Source of the DNA: Anaerolineae bacterium
GTDB lineage: Bacteria > Chloroflexota > Anaerolineae > UBA1429
DNA length: 64,000 nucleotides
Direction: 5' to 3'
Assembly (NCBI GenBank): GCA_040772225.1
Contig: JAXGYO010000004.1
Location: 12,233 to 76,232 of the forward strand
Under the pieces are notes generated by a model. It made no database searches and was not told where the DNA came from. It worked only from the letters and a program-made list of their open reading frames with translations. Every line of letters begins with the position of its first letter. Within the stretch, counting starts at the first letter, position 1. Both the position numbers and the translations under genes were made by a program. Of the stretch, positions 49,911-61,092 are shown piece by piece.

Positions 49911-50720
49911 ATGCCCGACAACCTCACTGCCCTCCACCGCGAGACCGGCCGCACGTGGGATGTCACCGCTGCACTCTATGAGCGCGACGAGGCGCGCGAC
50001 ATCGAGCGCCTGCGCGCCGGCTGGACCTCGATCCTGCCCGCGGAGGAGCCGCTGCTGCGCGAACACCTGCCCTGCGGGCGCGCCCTGCATCTGCAGTGCG
50101 CCGGCGGCACCGACACGCTCTCCCTCTGGAAACTGGGCGCCCGGCTGGTCGTCGGCGTCGACATCTCCGAGCGCATGATCGCCGTCGCCCGGCGCAAGGC
50201 CTCGGCCCTGGGCGCGCCGGCGACCTTTATCGCCTGCGACGTGCTGGATACGCCCCACTCCTTCGACCGGACCGTAAACCTGCTCTATACGGGCAAGGGC
50301 GCCCTGCCCTGGATGATGGACCTGGATGCCTGGGCGGCCGTGGTCGCCCGCCTGCTGGCTCCCAAAGGGTGCCTGTTCGTGCACGAGGGCCACCCGCTGG
50401 ACTGGGTCTGGGACCTGGACGCGGAGGACTATCGCCTGAGCGCGCGCACCGGCAGCTATTTCCAGCAGGAGCCGGTGGCCGACCGCAACTGGCCCGCCAC
50501 GGCGGACGTAGTGCAGGAGCGTGCCGCTGAGGAAGAGCTGCATGTCCACGAGCATCAGTGGACCCTGGGCCAGATCGTGACCGCCGTCGCGGATGCGGGT
50601 CTGCACATCGAGCGCCTGGTCGAGCACCCCGAGCCCTTCTGGGACCAGTTCCCGCACCTGCGACCCGAGCTGATCCCGCTTCTGCCGCACTCCTTTACGC
50701 TGGTGGCGAGCAGGGGCTAG
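49911..50720 (+). CDS. Class I SAM-dependent methyltransferase
   Basis: LHLQCAGGTDTLSL, GVDISERMI, YTGKGALPW, LFVHEGHP. Confidence 0.88.
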   Translation: MPDNLTALHRETGRTWDVTAALYERDEARDIERLRAGWTSILPAEEPLLREHLPCGRALHLQCAGGTDTLSLWKLGARLVVGVDISERMIAVARRKASALGAPATFIACDVLDTPHSFDRTVNLLYTGKGALPWMMDLDAWAAVVARLLAPKGCLFVHEGHPLDWVWDLDAEDYRLSARTGSYFQQEPVADRNWPATADVVQERAAEEELHVHEHQWTLGQIVTAVADAGLHIERLVEHPEPFWDQFPHLRPELIPLLPHSFTLVASRG

Positions 50721-50777
50721 CCCGTCGCCCATAAGGGGCGCGGGCGGCTCGAAAGCCGGTTGTACTCCGCGACGGAC

Positions 50778-51544
50778 GGACCGCCGACATTCCTGTCGGC
50801 TCCGACTGTCGGCTTGCGCCCTGTGGAGGCAGACTCGCATACTGTATATGATGGCTACGGGTCGCCCCCGGACTGGTTCAGCGTTCCCTGGAGCGCGGGT
50901 TCCTACCCGAACGGGCCATGTAGCCCGCTCCGAGCCACGACAAGCGGGGTACCCTGCCCCAGCGGCGGTCAGGGAACCTCCGCTGGGGCGCGGCGCAGCC
51001 GCCAGGTCAGGAGCCGACAGGAATGTCGGCGGTCCAGGCGGTCCGTAGCCTGGGCTTGCGGGTCGCTCTGAACACCAAAGCACGGTACTCTGCCAAGGTC
51101 CCCATGGGGCGCAGACATAGGACAGCCTGCTTCAGGATGCCATTGTCCGCGGGGCGGCTGCGCCGCCGGGTTCGGAGCCGACAGGAATGTCGGCGGTCCA
51201 GACGCTCCTGGTCCGTGGCCCATTGCCAGCCACGCACACCAGAGCAGTGCTCTGCGGCGCGTCCGATGGGGCGCGGACATAGGACAGCCTGCCTCAGGAT
51301 GCCATTGTCCGCGGGGCGGCGCAGCCGCCGGGTCAGGAGCCGACAGGAATGTCGGCGGTCCAGACGCTCCTGCTGAGTGGGCTTGTGGTTCGCTCCGAAC
51401 ACGAAAGCGCGGTGCTCTGCCAAGGCTCCCAGGGGCCGCAGCAGCAGGTCCTCGATGATGCGGGCGTAGCGATAGCAGGAAAGCAAGCCGACAGGAATGT
51501 CGGCGGTCCAGGCGCTCCTGCTGAGTGGGCTTGTGCTTCGCTCC
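50778..51544. repeat. REP cluster with about 165-bp duplicated units
   Basis: Forward REP at 50778; inverted GCCGACAGGAATGTCGGCGGTCC near 51013, 51178, 51339 and 51487, with repeated linker CATAGGACAGCCTGC..CAGGATGCCATTGTCCGCGGGGCGGC. Confidence 0.85.
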
Positions 51545-51680
51545 GGCGTACATCAGGTCGCGCTCGCGCGGCGCCCGCAGGGGGGCGTCCCAGTCCACGA
51601 GGTGGAGCCCGCCCGCGGCATCCACCAGCACGTTGCCGGCGTGCAGGTCCGTGTGGCAGACCACCAGCGGCCGCCCAGAC
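51445..51680 (-). pseudogene. Near-identical partial copy of the phosphotransferase gene, interrupted by a REP
   Basis: 51545-51680 matches 55565-55700 and 51445-51485 matches 55433-55473. Confidence 0.85.
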
Positions 51681-51749
51681 AATCCGTCCGGCCCTCTCGG
51701 ACCGGACGGATTTGCGCGGTGATATCGCGTTTCGAGCCTGAGTTGTGGC

Positions 51750-54700
51750 TCAGGGCATCGGGGCGCCCTTGGCCATGAACGGGAACCAGTAGAGTTGCTT
51801 GTAGAACAGGCTGATAGGCGCCAGATAGGCCTGCGCGCCATCGTCGTTGTTCGGGTTGCCGGCATAGTCCAAGATCATCAGACCGACCGGCTTGGCCAGG
51901 TTATAGCCACTGACCCTGTTGACCCAGGCCAAGAACCAGGTCTCTGGCTCGCTCGGGCCAGGATCTCCGTCGTAGGACCACCAGAGGGGCAGGTCGAGAT
52001 AGTCGAACCGGCCCGCAGGGGTGACATCCGGTGTGCCATACTGATCCCAGCCCACGAGCTGGTAGGCAAACGCGCTGTTACTCGGTCCCAAATCCTGCCA
52101 GGCAGGCGGCAGGTACCACTCCATCAGGGAATTGTTGTAGTCACTCCAGATTGTGTAGGGGCTCGCCAGATACAGCATACTCGTCGCCAGATCGACCTGG
52201 ACAACGACCCAGGTGTTGCTGTCGTCTCCCGTCAGGTACCAACCATAGTTAAAGTTGAAATCGACATAATCCCAGACGCCGTCATTAGTGGGATCGAGAT
52301 AAAGGTCGAATTCACTGAAGTAGGGCTGCGGTACGTGCCAGGGCGCCCAGGTGTTGATTGCAGCGCCGAGCACGTATCCGTATTCCTCGCCGCTCCAGAC
52401 ATAGTCCATCCCAAACATGCGCACGCTAGCGTTCGGCGCCACGGCTGGGTTCGGCGCATCGGTGGCCACGAGAGCCGGGTAAGCCCACAGACTCGAGGTG
52501 ACAGGCCCACTGGCACTAACCTCCAGCGTGGCATAGTCAAAGATCGGGTGGATGATTTCCTCATCCCCGGTGACATCCAGAACGGCATAGGGCTTGACCT
52601 GGCCATAGAAGGGGACTCTGGCGATCAGGGAGAGTCCGTTGGCCGCCTCCGCACCCTCCGCTCCGTAACCCATCGTGGGCATGAAGGTGAGATAGCCAAA
52701 GTACTCTTCCAGTGCATCGTACCCCATGGGCACGAGCGTCAGATCGAAAGTGATCGCCACATCGACGGTAGCCTGGCCGTTGGCCGGTACCGTGACCCGA
52801 TCGGGGGTGATGTCCACAAGTACACCCTCGTTCTCGGAACCATCCTGCAGGTCGACGGACACATCCAGTTCGAGGTCCTCGGTACTATTGTTGTAGAGCG
52901 TGACTGGCCCGCCCACGGTGACCGTCATCGCGCTGCTGTACTCGACGCCCCAGTTGCCGAGGCTCACCAGATCCTGGTCGGCGATCGCCAGGAGTTCTGT
53001 GGTGGTGGCCGCGTACGGGTCCACGCGGCCGCTGCCGGCCAGCGGAATCACCGTGTCGTCGGCGAGATCCACCGCGGTGTTCATGATGGCCGCCTTGACC
53101 ATCTCCGGCGTCCAGTCCGGGTGCGCCTCGCGCACGAGCGCCGCGACACCGGCTACATAAGGCGCGGCCATGGAGGTGCCGCTCATGCTCACGCCGGTGG
53201 TGCCGCTTCCCATGTCCGCCGCAAAGATACTTACGCCGGGCGCCGCGACCTCGGGCTTGAGGAAGGAGTCATAGCCGCGCGGGCCCCGCGAACTGAAACC
53301 AGCGATGTTGTCGGCCGGCACGTAGGGGTCCGGGACCGTCGTTACCTGGTCAACTGCGGACACGTGGATAACCATCCCGTCGGCCGGGACCAGATTCACA
53401 CCATCCTCAAGTGTGATAAAGCCGGCAGGGATTGCCACAGAACTGCCGGACATGCTCGTACGGCCGGCCATAGGCGTATTGTTGTAGATGATGGCTCCGA
53501 CAGCCCCTAAAGCAGCAGCGTTATTTACCTTGTCTGAAAAGGCGCAGGTTCCACGCTGGATCAGGGCCAGGGCGCCGTCGAGAGCATCTGCCGCGATCCC
53601 TGAGGTATCACAGAGCGTGTTAACCGTAGCGCCAGGCAGGTCACCCGCATACAGCATCGTACCCGTGATCGCTGAGGTGAACTGCCCCGTTCCGTTATCG
53701 AACGCTGGCGGCTGGTAGATGATGTTGGTCTGCGTGATCAGACCGGACCCCACAACACTGACCGTGGGACCGGTCAACATGCCGGTGGTTGTAGCCGCCA
53801 CCGAAATGGCGCTGCTGGCCACGCCGGGTGAGCCGGTGATATAGCTGTAGGGGCCCTCATTGCCGGCTGAAGCCACGACGACAATCCCCGCTGCGCTGGC
53901 GGCGTCCGTCGCCGCCACATCCGGATCCAGCGGATCCGCGGAGCCAAAGGGTGAGCCCAGCGACATGTTGATCACGTCCGGGTAACCGAAAACAATATAG
54001 TTCTCGGTCGCCATCTCCAGGGCGTCCATGGTCAGGGAGGTGCTGCCACCCTTGCCGAACACCTTGTAGGCGATGAGGCCGGCGGCAGGGGCCACGCCGG
54101 GCTGCAACGTAGGCGTGACGGCAGGCCGGCCGCGATCGCGGCCACGTGTGTGCCGTGGCCGTACTCATCCAGCGGATCGTTGTCCGGGCGGGGCGTATAG
54201 ATGTCGGGATCGTCGCTGCCGGCGTCATAGTTCGTGCCGGCAAAGTCATAGCCGCCGATCACTTTCCAGGTGGGGAAAGAGTCAGGTTCGCGCACGTCCG
54301 GGTCGTTGTTGGCATAGTCGGCGGGATCGCCGCTGCCGCCAAACGCTGCGTGCGTATAGTCGATGCCCGTGTCGATGATGCCGATCACGAGGCCGTCACC
54401 CGTGTAGCCCAGATCAGCGACCCGGTTTCCAATGCTTGCCAGCGAGGCCGGCTCTGCCAGGCTGGGGGTATGAATCGGCGCCCGGCGGACGCTGACGACG
54501 CCCGGCAGGGCCGCGATTTCAGCCAGCCGGTTGGCGGGCACGCTGACCTGGATACCGTTATAGACCGTGTCATAGCGGGAGATTTCGCGCGCGCCCAAAG
54601 CCGTGGCCTGCGCCATCACCTGCGTCTGCGCGACCTCGAGCCCGCGCCGGTAGCTGTCCAGCGAAGCCTGCGCCATCACCTCGCCGGAGGCCTTGGCCTC

Positions 54701-55018
54701 AGCATACACGAGGGCTGCAGGCTGCTCCTCGAGCTGGATAATGACCAGCACCTCGCGATCGACCAGCCCCTCCAGGGCGCGGGGCACATATCCTGTACGG
54801 GCCACGAACTCATCCACCGTGAGGCCATCCCCGAAAAAGTCGAGGACCTCCTGCGGAAGCAACTCGGGCAGAGGTCGCGCTGTCCGGTCCACCGGCGTCA
54901 GGTCCGCACGGGAGACAGGCCCCTGCGCCATCAGACTGGCGGGCACCAGTGAAAGCAAGAGAGACAGAATCATCAGGGTCGCAATGAGGCGAGTCAGAGT
55001 CGTTCTGGCACTGGACAT
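51750..55018 (-). CDS. Secreted S8 subtilase with I9 and PA domains (1-nt frameshift near 54120)
   Basis: Signal peptide; IIDTGIDYTH (Asp) and HGTHVA (His) in the upstream frame; GVAP, VVASAGN, RGTCAFSDK (PA) and SGTSMAAP (Ser) in the downstream frame. Confidence 0.88.
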
Positions 55019-55300
55019 TTTCTACTCCTTCGCTGATAGAAACTCGAGAGCAACGGGCAGGCACACAGTGGGAACTATGTACATCCGCTCTATTCTATCA
55101 AGTGCACAGAGCAGATGCAAGCAAAATGTAAAAGTCCACAATTTCCGCGCGTTCGCGGCCCGATGCGTGCCGGCGTGTAAAGAGAGGCATCTCCGAGCCT
55201 TGTCCCCGGCAGCCCCGCCCTGGACCGCGGGCGTCCCGCCCGCTCCGGTTCTGCTATCTGCAATCCCAAACCTGAAACCTGCAACCCTCAACCTGTAAAA

Positions 55301-56308
55301 CTAGCCCCCATCCCCCGCCCGCGCGCACTCCAGCGTGCCGCCGGGTTCGAAATTCGCCAGCATATAGTGCAACGCCTCCGCCCGGTCCGGGCTGGCCACG
55401 TCGCCGCGCAGCAGATCGTCCGCGTAGATCGCCAGGTCCTCGATGATGCGGGCGTAGCGATAGTAGGAAAGCAGACCGCTGTCCACAGGGATGTCACCGT
55501 AGCCGGCGTAAAAGAGCGCCTTCTCCTCGGCGGGGGAGCGGTGGTTTCCGAACTGCCCGCCGCAGGCGTACATCAGGTCGCGCTCGCGCGGCGCCCGCAG
55601 AGGGGCGTCCCAGTCCACGAGGTGGAGCCCGCCCGCGGCATCCACCAGCACGTTGCCGGCGTGCAGGTCCGTATGGCAGACCACCAACGGCCGCCCAGAC
55701 GATCGGGCATAGGCCGCCAGCGCGTCGGCGCGCTCCAGCAACGCAACGATCTCATGCCGGTACGCCCGCAGGCCGCCCATGGCCTCGACCGCCAGGGCGT
55801 CGATGGGCACCGTGCTCTCCAGTTCCGCCATGATCGCGCGCAGGCGCAGGCGCCACCGATCGGGGAAGGTCTCGACGGGGATGGCTGCCAGCAGGTCGTC
55901 CGACAGCGCGGCCTCATGCATACGGCGCACGGCGGCGCCCAGGGCCTCCCACTGCGCATCGTTGAGCGGCGCCTCGTAACCGTTGCGCGCCTCCACCCAG
56001 GGCAACACGCTCAGGCGGAACACGCCGAGCGGCGCTGAGAGCCCGCCCTCGCAGGTACGCAGTGGCAGGACGATCCCCGGGACACCGGCGGCGTGCAGCG
56101 CGGCGGGGAGTTGCACGGCCACCTCGTTCCAGGGACCCGAGCGCAGGCGGCAAAAGAACGACTCGCCGCTGGCGGTCTCGGCGCGGTACAGCGCCGTGCC
56201 GTAATCGGCGCCCAGCGGCAGAAAGGCCACCGACGTGACGTCTAGGCCATAGGCGACGCGCAGATGTGCGGCCAACGCCTCGTCTGAGATGTCAGGGCGA
56301 GTGAGCAT
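55301..56308 (-). CDS. Aminoglycoside phosphotransferase family protein (APH(9)-like)
   Basis: FLPLGAD, CHTDLHAGN (Brenner motif), LVDWDAP.RAPRERDL, FYAGYG, YYRYARIIEDL. Confidence 0.85.
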   Translation of the reverse strand: MLTRPDISDEALAAHLRVAYGLDVTSVAFLPLGADYGTALYRAETASGESFFCRLRSGPWNEVAVQLPAALHAAGVPGIVLPLRTCEGGLSAPLGVFRLSVLPWVEARNGYEAPLNDAQWEALGAAVRRMHEAALSDDLLAAIPVETFPDRWRLRLRAIMAELESTVPIDALAVEAMGGLRAYRHEIVALLERADALAAYARSSGRPLVVCHTDLHAGNVLVDAAGGLHLVDWDAPLRAPRERDLMYACGGQFGNHRSPAEEKALFYAGYGDIPVDSGLLSYYRYARIIEDLAIYADDLLRGDVASPDRAEALHYMLANFEPGGTLECARAGDGG

Positions 56309-56489
56309 GGACTTGCTCCACGGATACGTGCTGCCGTTTGGGTCGCATATCGGCACGGGAGACACGGGCGGTCAAGGTATTCAACAGAGACTTTGTCTCG
56401 CCAGAACGGTAGAAAGCAGCCTCAACGGGACGTGGACCCGGGCCCGCCATGGCATCCCCGAGCGGCGCCTGAGCGAGAACACCGGCCAC

Positions 56490-56800
56490 GGACCGCCGAC
56501 ATTCCTGTCGGCCCAGCCCCGGACCGCCGACATTCCTGTCGGCCCAGCCACGCACCGCCGACATTCCTGTCGGCCCAGCCACGCACTGCCGACATTCCTG
56601 TCGGCCCGGCCACGCACTGCCGACATTCCTGTCGGCCCGGCCACGCACTGCCGACATTCCTGTCGGCCCGGCCACGCACTGCCGACATTCCTGTCGGCCC
56701 GGCCACGCACTGCCGACATTCCTGTCGGCCCGGCCACGCACCGCCGACATTCCTGTCGGCCCAGCCCCGGACCGCCGACATTCCTGTCGGCCCAGCCCCG
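56490..56800. repeat. 31-bp tandem REP array x10
   Basis: GCCGACATTCCTGTCGGC + CC(A/G)GCCACGCAC(C/T), repeated head to tail. Confidence 0.92.
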
Positions 56801-56977
56801 CCTCGCCTGTACTCTGCGCCCGCTGTACTCTGCGCCATTGCCCATCGATGTGAATGGCTAGCCTGCTTTCTGCCCGCAGCTCAGCTTGGCTCACCGGAGG
56901 CGGGCCAGCGGCCCGCGCCCCGTTCGCTATTTATCGTGTCCATCCTGTCCATCGATGTGCATGCTCGCTGCCCCTGC

Positions 56978-59900
56978 CTAGCGCGTCACCAGCGGCAGGA
57001 ACACGGTGTAGCCCCCCTCGCGGAACACATTAATCACCCGGTGCCCCATCGGGTCCACATAGCCCACGGCCACATCCTGGCCGGGCCGCAGGTCCCACCC
57101 TGCGGCGCCGAGATCGCAGGTAAAGTCCGCGCCGCCAGTGGGCAGATCGAACCAGATCTCGGGACCGCCGTCAACCCAGACCGCGCACCAGGCCGCAGCC
57201 TCAAAGGCGCCGGGCAGGCTGATCGTGCCCGCGACGCTGTCGCCAGCGAGGTCCAGGAGGCCGGCGATCTCGCCGAGCTGCACCTGCGCCTCGCTCCCGT
57301 TGTCCACCTCGCCATAGACCCAATCCCCCGGCTCGAGATCCGGTTGCTCCGGCGCCCAGGGGTCCCCCAGTATCGTGGTAAAGCCGGTCCAGCCGCCCCA
57401 CCCGGGCACCACCTGACTGGTGACATTCGCGGTAGCTATATCCGTCTTGCCGTCGGACTCGGCTACAGTGAAAGCAGCCGTGTGCCCGAGTTCGTAGGGC
57501 GCATTGACCCAGTCGTGGCCATAGTTGACCTCCAGCAGGAGGTCGAGCGAGCTGAGCGGGCGCGCCCAGACCACCCATACCGCGGCCTTGCCCTCCTCCA
57601 CTCGCATGACGCCGGTGGCTCCCTGCGGGATGTCGTCCAGGCCCGCCAGATAGCTGCCGTCCGCGCCGGTCCAGGCCATGCCGTTGCCGCCCCAATCACC
57701 GTGAATCTCCACCAGACGATAGGCAAGGCGGCCCCCCACCTGGCCCGTGACCTCGTCGGTGGCGCTGTCAGCCAGGGCGGTAAAGGGATCCGGCACGACC
57801 AGGCTCAGCGGGTACGCTCCGGCGCCGGCCGCCAGCGTGAGCGCATCGCCGGGCGCGAGTTCGCCCAGGTCCTCCACCGCCCAGCAGCCACCGCAAGCCG
57901 GATCCGCCCAGGCGTTGAACGTGCCCGACGGCGTGGTCACCACGATCTCGGTCCCCGGAATCGCCCCGCCGGTGATCCGCGACGGCCCGCGATCGTTGAC
58001 CCAGGTCTCGACCCACTGCAGGGGGCTCGGGGGCACCGAGACGGTCGAATAGCTGTTGTCCGCCGGGTTCACATCGCCTGCAGGCAGCATGGTCTCCGCC
58101 ACGTTGGTGTACGTCAGCCCGGAGTCGGGGTCATCGACGCTAACAGAGTACCCCATCCAGATGCGCTCGCCGGGGTACAGCTCGGTCAGTTCGACGATGA
58201 GCGTGTCGTGTAGCGTGCCGGTGATGACCTTAATGGCCTGTATCCGCTCCGGCTCCAAACTCAACGCCAGGTCTCCTGCATACGTCGTGCCTACGGGCAG
58301 CGTATCCGTAAAGGGCACACCGCTGACTATCACGCTGCCCAGGTTGTCCAGGAGGACGTCATAGTGGATGTGTTCGGCGTCCCACCAGGTGGCTGTCTTG
58401 GTCAGGGCCAGGTTAGGGCCGGACGCATTGAGCAGCACGGCAGGCTCCGCGAGATTATCGTCATAGCGCAGCTCCGGATCGGCTGTCGTTACCTCGACCG
58501 TGTTGACCAGCACAGTTCCTGGAGTTGCGTCCGTATCGATCGTCAGCATGACGCCCATGTTGAACTCGCGCCCGGGATCCAGACCGGGTATCTCCCACGA
58601 TACCTGCGAAGGGCCGATCAGATAGGGCGGAAACGGAGTCGTCCCCCAGAAAGAAGACTCCCACGACTTTGCAAAGCTCGTGCCCAGCGGCAGCGTGTCC
58701 TCGATGTTGATGGGCCCCGATGCAATGTTGCCCTCGTTGCGCACGACGATCTCATAGCGCAGCACGCCCCCCGGCACCAGCCGCCCCCCGCTAAGCGTTT
58801 TGGCCACAGTGAGGTTCATCCAGGGCACGCTCACCGGCGCCTCCCAGTAGGCCACGTTGTCGTCCGGCGTCAGGTCGTTCCCGCCGGTGAGCGTGGCCGT
58901 GTTGCTGATCGGGGACAGAACGGGCAGATCCGCGGCCAGCATTGCGACTGGCCTGATGGTCACGCACCCGCCGGGATCTAGCGCGGGAAACTCCCACGTC
59001 CCCCCATCCGGGCCGAACGCCACCTCGGTCCAGCCTGGCTCGTTGCCCGACCAGCGAATCAGTGACTGGCCGGGGCCGGGCGTATCGGTGACCGTGAACG
59101 CCCCGCTGCTGGTGGAGCCGCTGTTGCACACCGCCACGCCGTACTCTAGCGGCTGGCCGGCGGCCGGCCGTCCCAACGCGGCCCACTTGCCAATATTGAG
59201 CTGCGTATCGTTCGCGGCCAGCGTCCATTGCTGCGTATGCGTGCGCTCCCCGACCTCGCTCGCCGAAAAGGAGCTCGTCTCTGCCGTGAGGCTCACGCTG
59301 AGCATGTCGCCGGCGGCGCCCTGGGCACCATAGTACACCTCGAAGGCCACACGATCGCCAGGAGTCAGTGTGCCCAACTCCCACAGCAGCGTACCGGCGT
59401 CCGCCACGGGCGCGATGCCCGAGGTATCAGAGAGATACTGCAGGCCGGTGCCGGCACTCTGTGCAGCGCGCACCGTCACGTCGTCCGCGACGCTGTCGCC
59501 CTCATTACGCACCTCCAGCCACAGACGGGCGTTCCCGCCAGGTGCCGCTATGCTGTCCGAGCCGGCTCCCAGCAGCAGCCGCGCCGCCGGCAGGGCAAAG
59601 ACGTCGATCACCCTGTCCTGATCGGGCTCGAGATACATCACACCGATGGCCTGGCCCGGTTGCACGTCCCACTCGGTGAGAGGGTCCCAGCTGCAGCTAT
59701 AGGACGTGGAACCGTCTACCGCAGCGGAAGACACCTTCACCGGCGCATCGGCGATCCCGGCGTCCCAGGCGCCCCAGGGATGGCACTCGACGGTTACCGT
59801 GCTGCCGGGGTCCGGCGCGATCTCGAGCGCCGTCACCGTGCCGCTGACGCTGTCGGCCGCCACGTCCAACACGCCGCTGATGGTGCCCACCGCCAGCGTG

Positions 59901-60901
59901 GTCGACTGCGTGCCCGTGGCAAAGATCACTCTATCGCCAGGCAGGATGTCCGGCTCTGAGGGCAGCCACTCGTGCGGCTCCACGTCAAAGCCGTCCCCAC
60001 CCCATCCGGCCCAGGGCTCACTCTCCGCGCTGGCGGTCGCTTTCAGGGTGCCTCCCGAGTCGCGCACCTCCACCGTGTAGACCGTGCCCACGTCCGCGTT
60101 AGCGCCAGCCGTGTTGTGGCCCGCATTCACTCTCATCCAGGGCCAAACGGGGACATTGATGACGTTGTCGCCGTCCGGCTCAAAGTAGCGCAGGGCCACC
60201 ATCTGCCCGCGTTGCAGGTCCCAGCCCACGCTGGTCCAGTCACAGACCACACTGCCGCCATCCGGGTCGACATAGACGTGGATGGGGTCGGGCCCCGTCC
60301 CGGACTCGAGCCAGACCTCGCACAGGACCGTCAGCGGGTCTGTGAACCAGGGAGCGTGCAGCGTGGCCTCCACCCGATCGGTATCTTCGTTCAGCATACT
60401 CACGCGGATCTCACCCACCTGCTCGATGACTGCTGTCGCACCGGTATCGAGGTTCTCGGCTTCGACAGCGTCGCCCGGAGCCATGTCCGGCCTCATGCCC
60501 GCCGACCAGCCGCCGTCATCGGTGATAAAGGAGCCGTCGCCCTGAGCGGTGATGCGGGTCTCATCCTTGACCACACCGCCGCTGTCGAGCACGGCGATCC
60601 GCACACTAGAGTCGGGCGCGGTATAGCCGCTCACCCAGTTATGCGCATAGTTGACCTCGATCAGGAGCGCCGGCGCATCTGGAGCCACATCCACACGCGG
60701 GCCGCTGGCCGCCGCTGAATAAACAAGGCCTGCCGTCACCAGCGGGCCCATCAAAAGAAGACAAAGCAGAATCACTCCCCACCGGGTCGGGCGGGCCTCC
60801 GGTCCAGGCGAGGACTCCTCGCCGGTGCCCGGTAGCCGGTAAGCCGTCACAACATCCCCACGCGTCGCACTGTGCTGTCCGTAACCTACCGCACCATACA
60901 T
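56978..60901 (-). CDS. Large secreted/surface protein with DUF11-type repeats and C-terminal FLPLVTR motif
   Basis: N-terminal hydrophobic segment; repeated VNYxHxWV and WDLQxGQxVxVxYxEPDGDxV modules; DUF11-like K...Y.I.V.N.G......DTLP.G units. Confidence 0.75.
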   Translation of the reverse strand: MYGAVGYGQHSATRGDVVTAYRLPGTGEESSPGPEARPTRWGVILLCLLLMGPLVTAGLVYSAAASGPRVDVAPDAPALLIEVNYAHNWVSGYTAPDSSVRIAVLDSGGVVKDETRITAQGDGSFITDDGGWSAGMRPDMAPGDAVEAENLDTGATAVIEQVGEIRVSMLNEDTDRVEATLHAPWFTDPLTVLCEVWLESGTGPDPIHVYVDPDGGSVVCDWTSVGWDLQRGQMVALRYFEPDGDNVINVPVWPWMRVNAGHNTAGANADVGTVYTVEVRDSGGTLKATASAESEPWAGWGGDGFDVEPHEWLPSEPDILPGDRVIFATGTQSTTLAVGTISGVLDVAADSVSGTVTALEIAPDPGSTVTVECHPWGAWDAGIADAPVKVSSAAVDGSTSYSCSWDPLTEWDVQPGQAIGVMYLEPDQDRVIDVFALPAARLLLGAGSDSIAAPGGNARLWLEVRNEGDSVADDVTVRAAQSAGTGLQYLSDTSGIAPVADAGTLLWELGTLTPGDRVAFEVYYGAQGAAGDMLSVSLTAETSSFSASEVGERTHTQQWTLAANDTQLNIGKWAALGRPAAGQPLEYGVAVCNSGSTSSGAFTVTDTPGPGQSLIRWSGNEPGWTEVAFGPDGGTWEFPALDPGGCVTIRPVAMLAADLPVLSPISNTATLTGGNDLTPDDNVAYWEAPVSVPWMNLTVAKTLSGGRLVPGGVLRYEIVVRNEGNIASGPINIEDTLPLGTSFAKSWESSFWGTTPFPPYLIGPSQVSWEIPGLDPGREFNMGVMLTIDTDATPGTVLVNTVEVTTADPELRYDDNLAEPAVLLNASGPNLALTKTATWWDAEHIHYDVLLDNLGSVIVSGVPFTDTLPVGTTYAGDLALSLEPERIQAIKVITGTLHDTLIVELTELYPGERIWMGYSVSVDDPDSGLTYTNVAETMLPAGDVNPADNSYSTVSVPPSPLQWVETWVNDRGPSRITGGAIPGTEIVVTTPSGTFNAWADPACGGCWAVEDLGELAPGDALTLAAGAGAYPLSLVVPDPFTALADSATDEVTGQVGGRLAYRLVEIHGDWGGNGMAWTGADGSYLAGLDDIPQGATGVMRVEEGKAAVWVVWARPLSSLDLLLEVNYGHDWVNAPYELGHTAAFTVAESDGKTDIATANVTSQVVPGWGGWTGFTTILGDPWAPEQPDLEPGDWVYGEVDNGSEAQVQLGEIAGLLDLAGDSVAGTISLPGAFEAAAWCAVWVDGGPEIWFDLPTGGADFTCDLGAAGWDLRPGQDVAVGYVDPMGHRVINVFREGGYTVFLPLVTR

Positions 60902-61092
60902 CGTTTGCCTCCTCTTGCGCCACGCCCACCAGATCCTTGGTCCGAGTTGCGATAGACATTATAGCATGGAACAACTGTCTGTGACCGCGATTCGCCCACA
61001 CAACAGGGTGAACCTGGCTCCGCTGGACACCCGGGCCGCGCGGCCCTATGATGGCGCTGATCAGGTTTTCCCTTACCGCAAAGGAGTTGCCC

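Noticed and set aside
54100-54135. Programmed frameshift in the S8 protease (and in the MFS near 3410)
   Set aside because: No slippery sequence; each is a single missing base in a short G/C run, and similar indels in DUF4256 and the LRR gene point to sequencing error
51445-55700. DGR template/variable repeat pair (an Avd-like gene is present at 21 kb)
   Set aside because: No reverse transcriptase in the window, only about four transitions that are not all at adenines of one strand, and the target is a catalytic APH core
56393-58213. Long antisense or repeat-derived ORFs (also 7779-9278, 12040-13926, 18538-20235, 51795-53510, 61650-62525)
   Set aside because: Shadow ORFs of high-GC genes or translations of REP arrays with no family motifs
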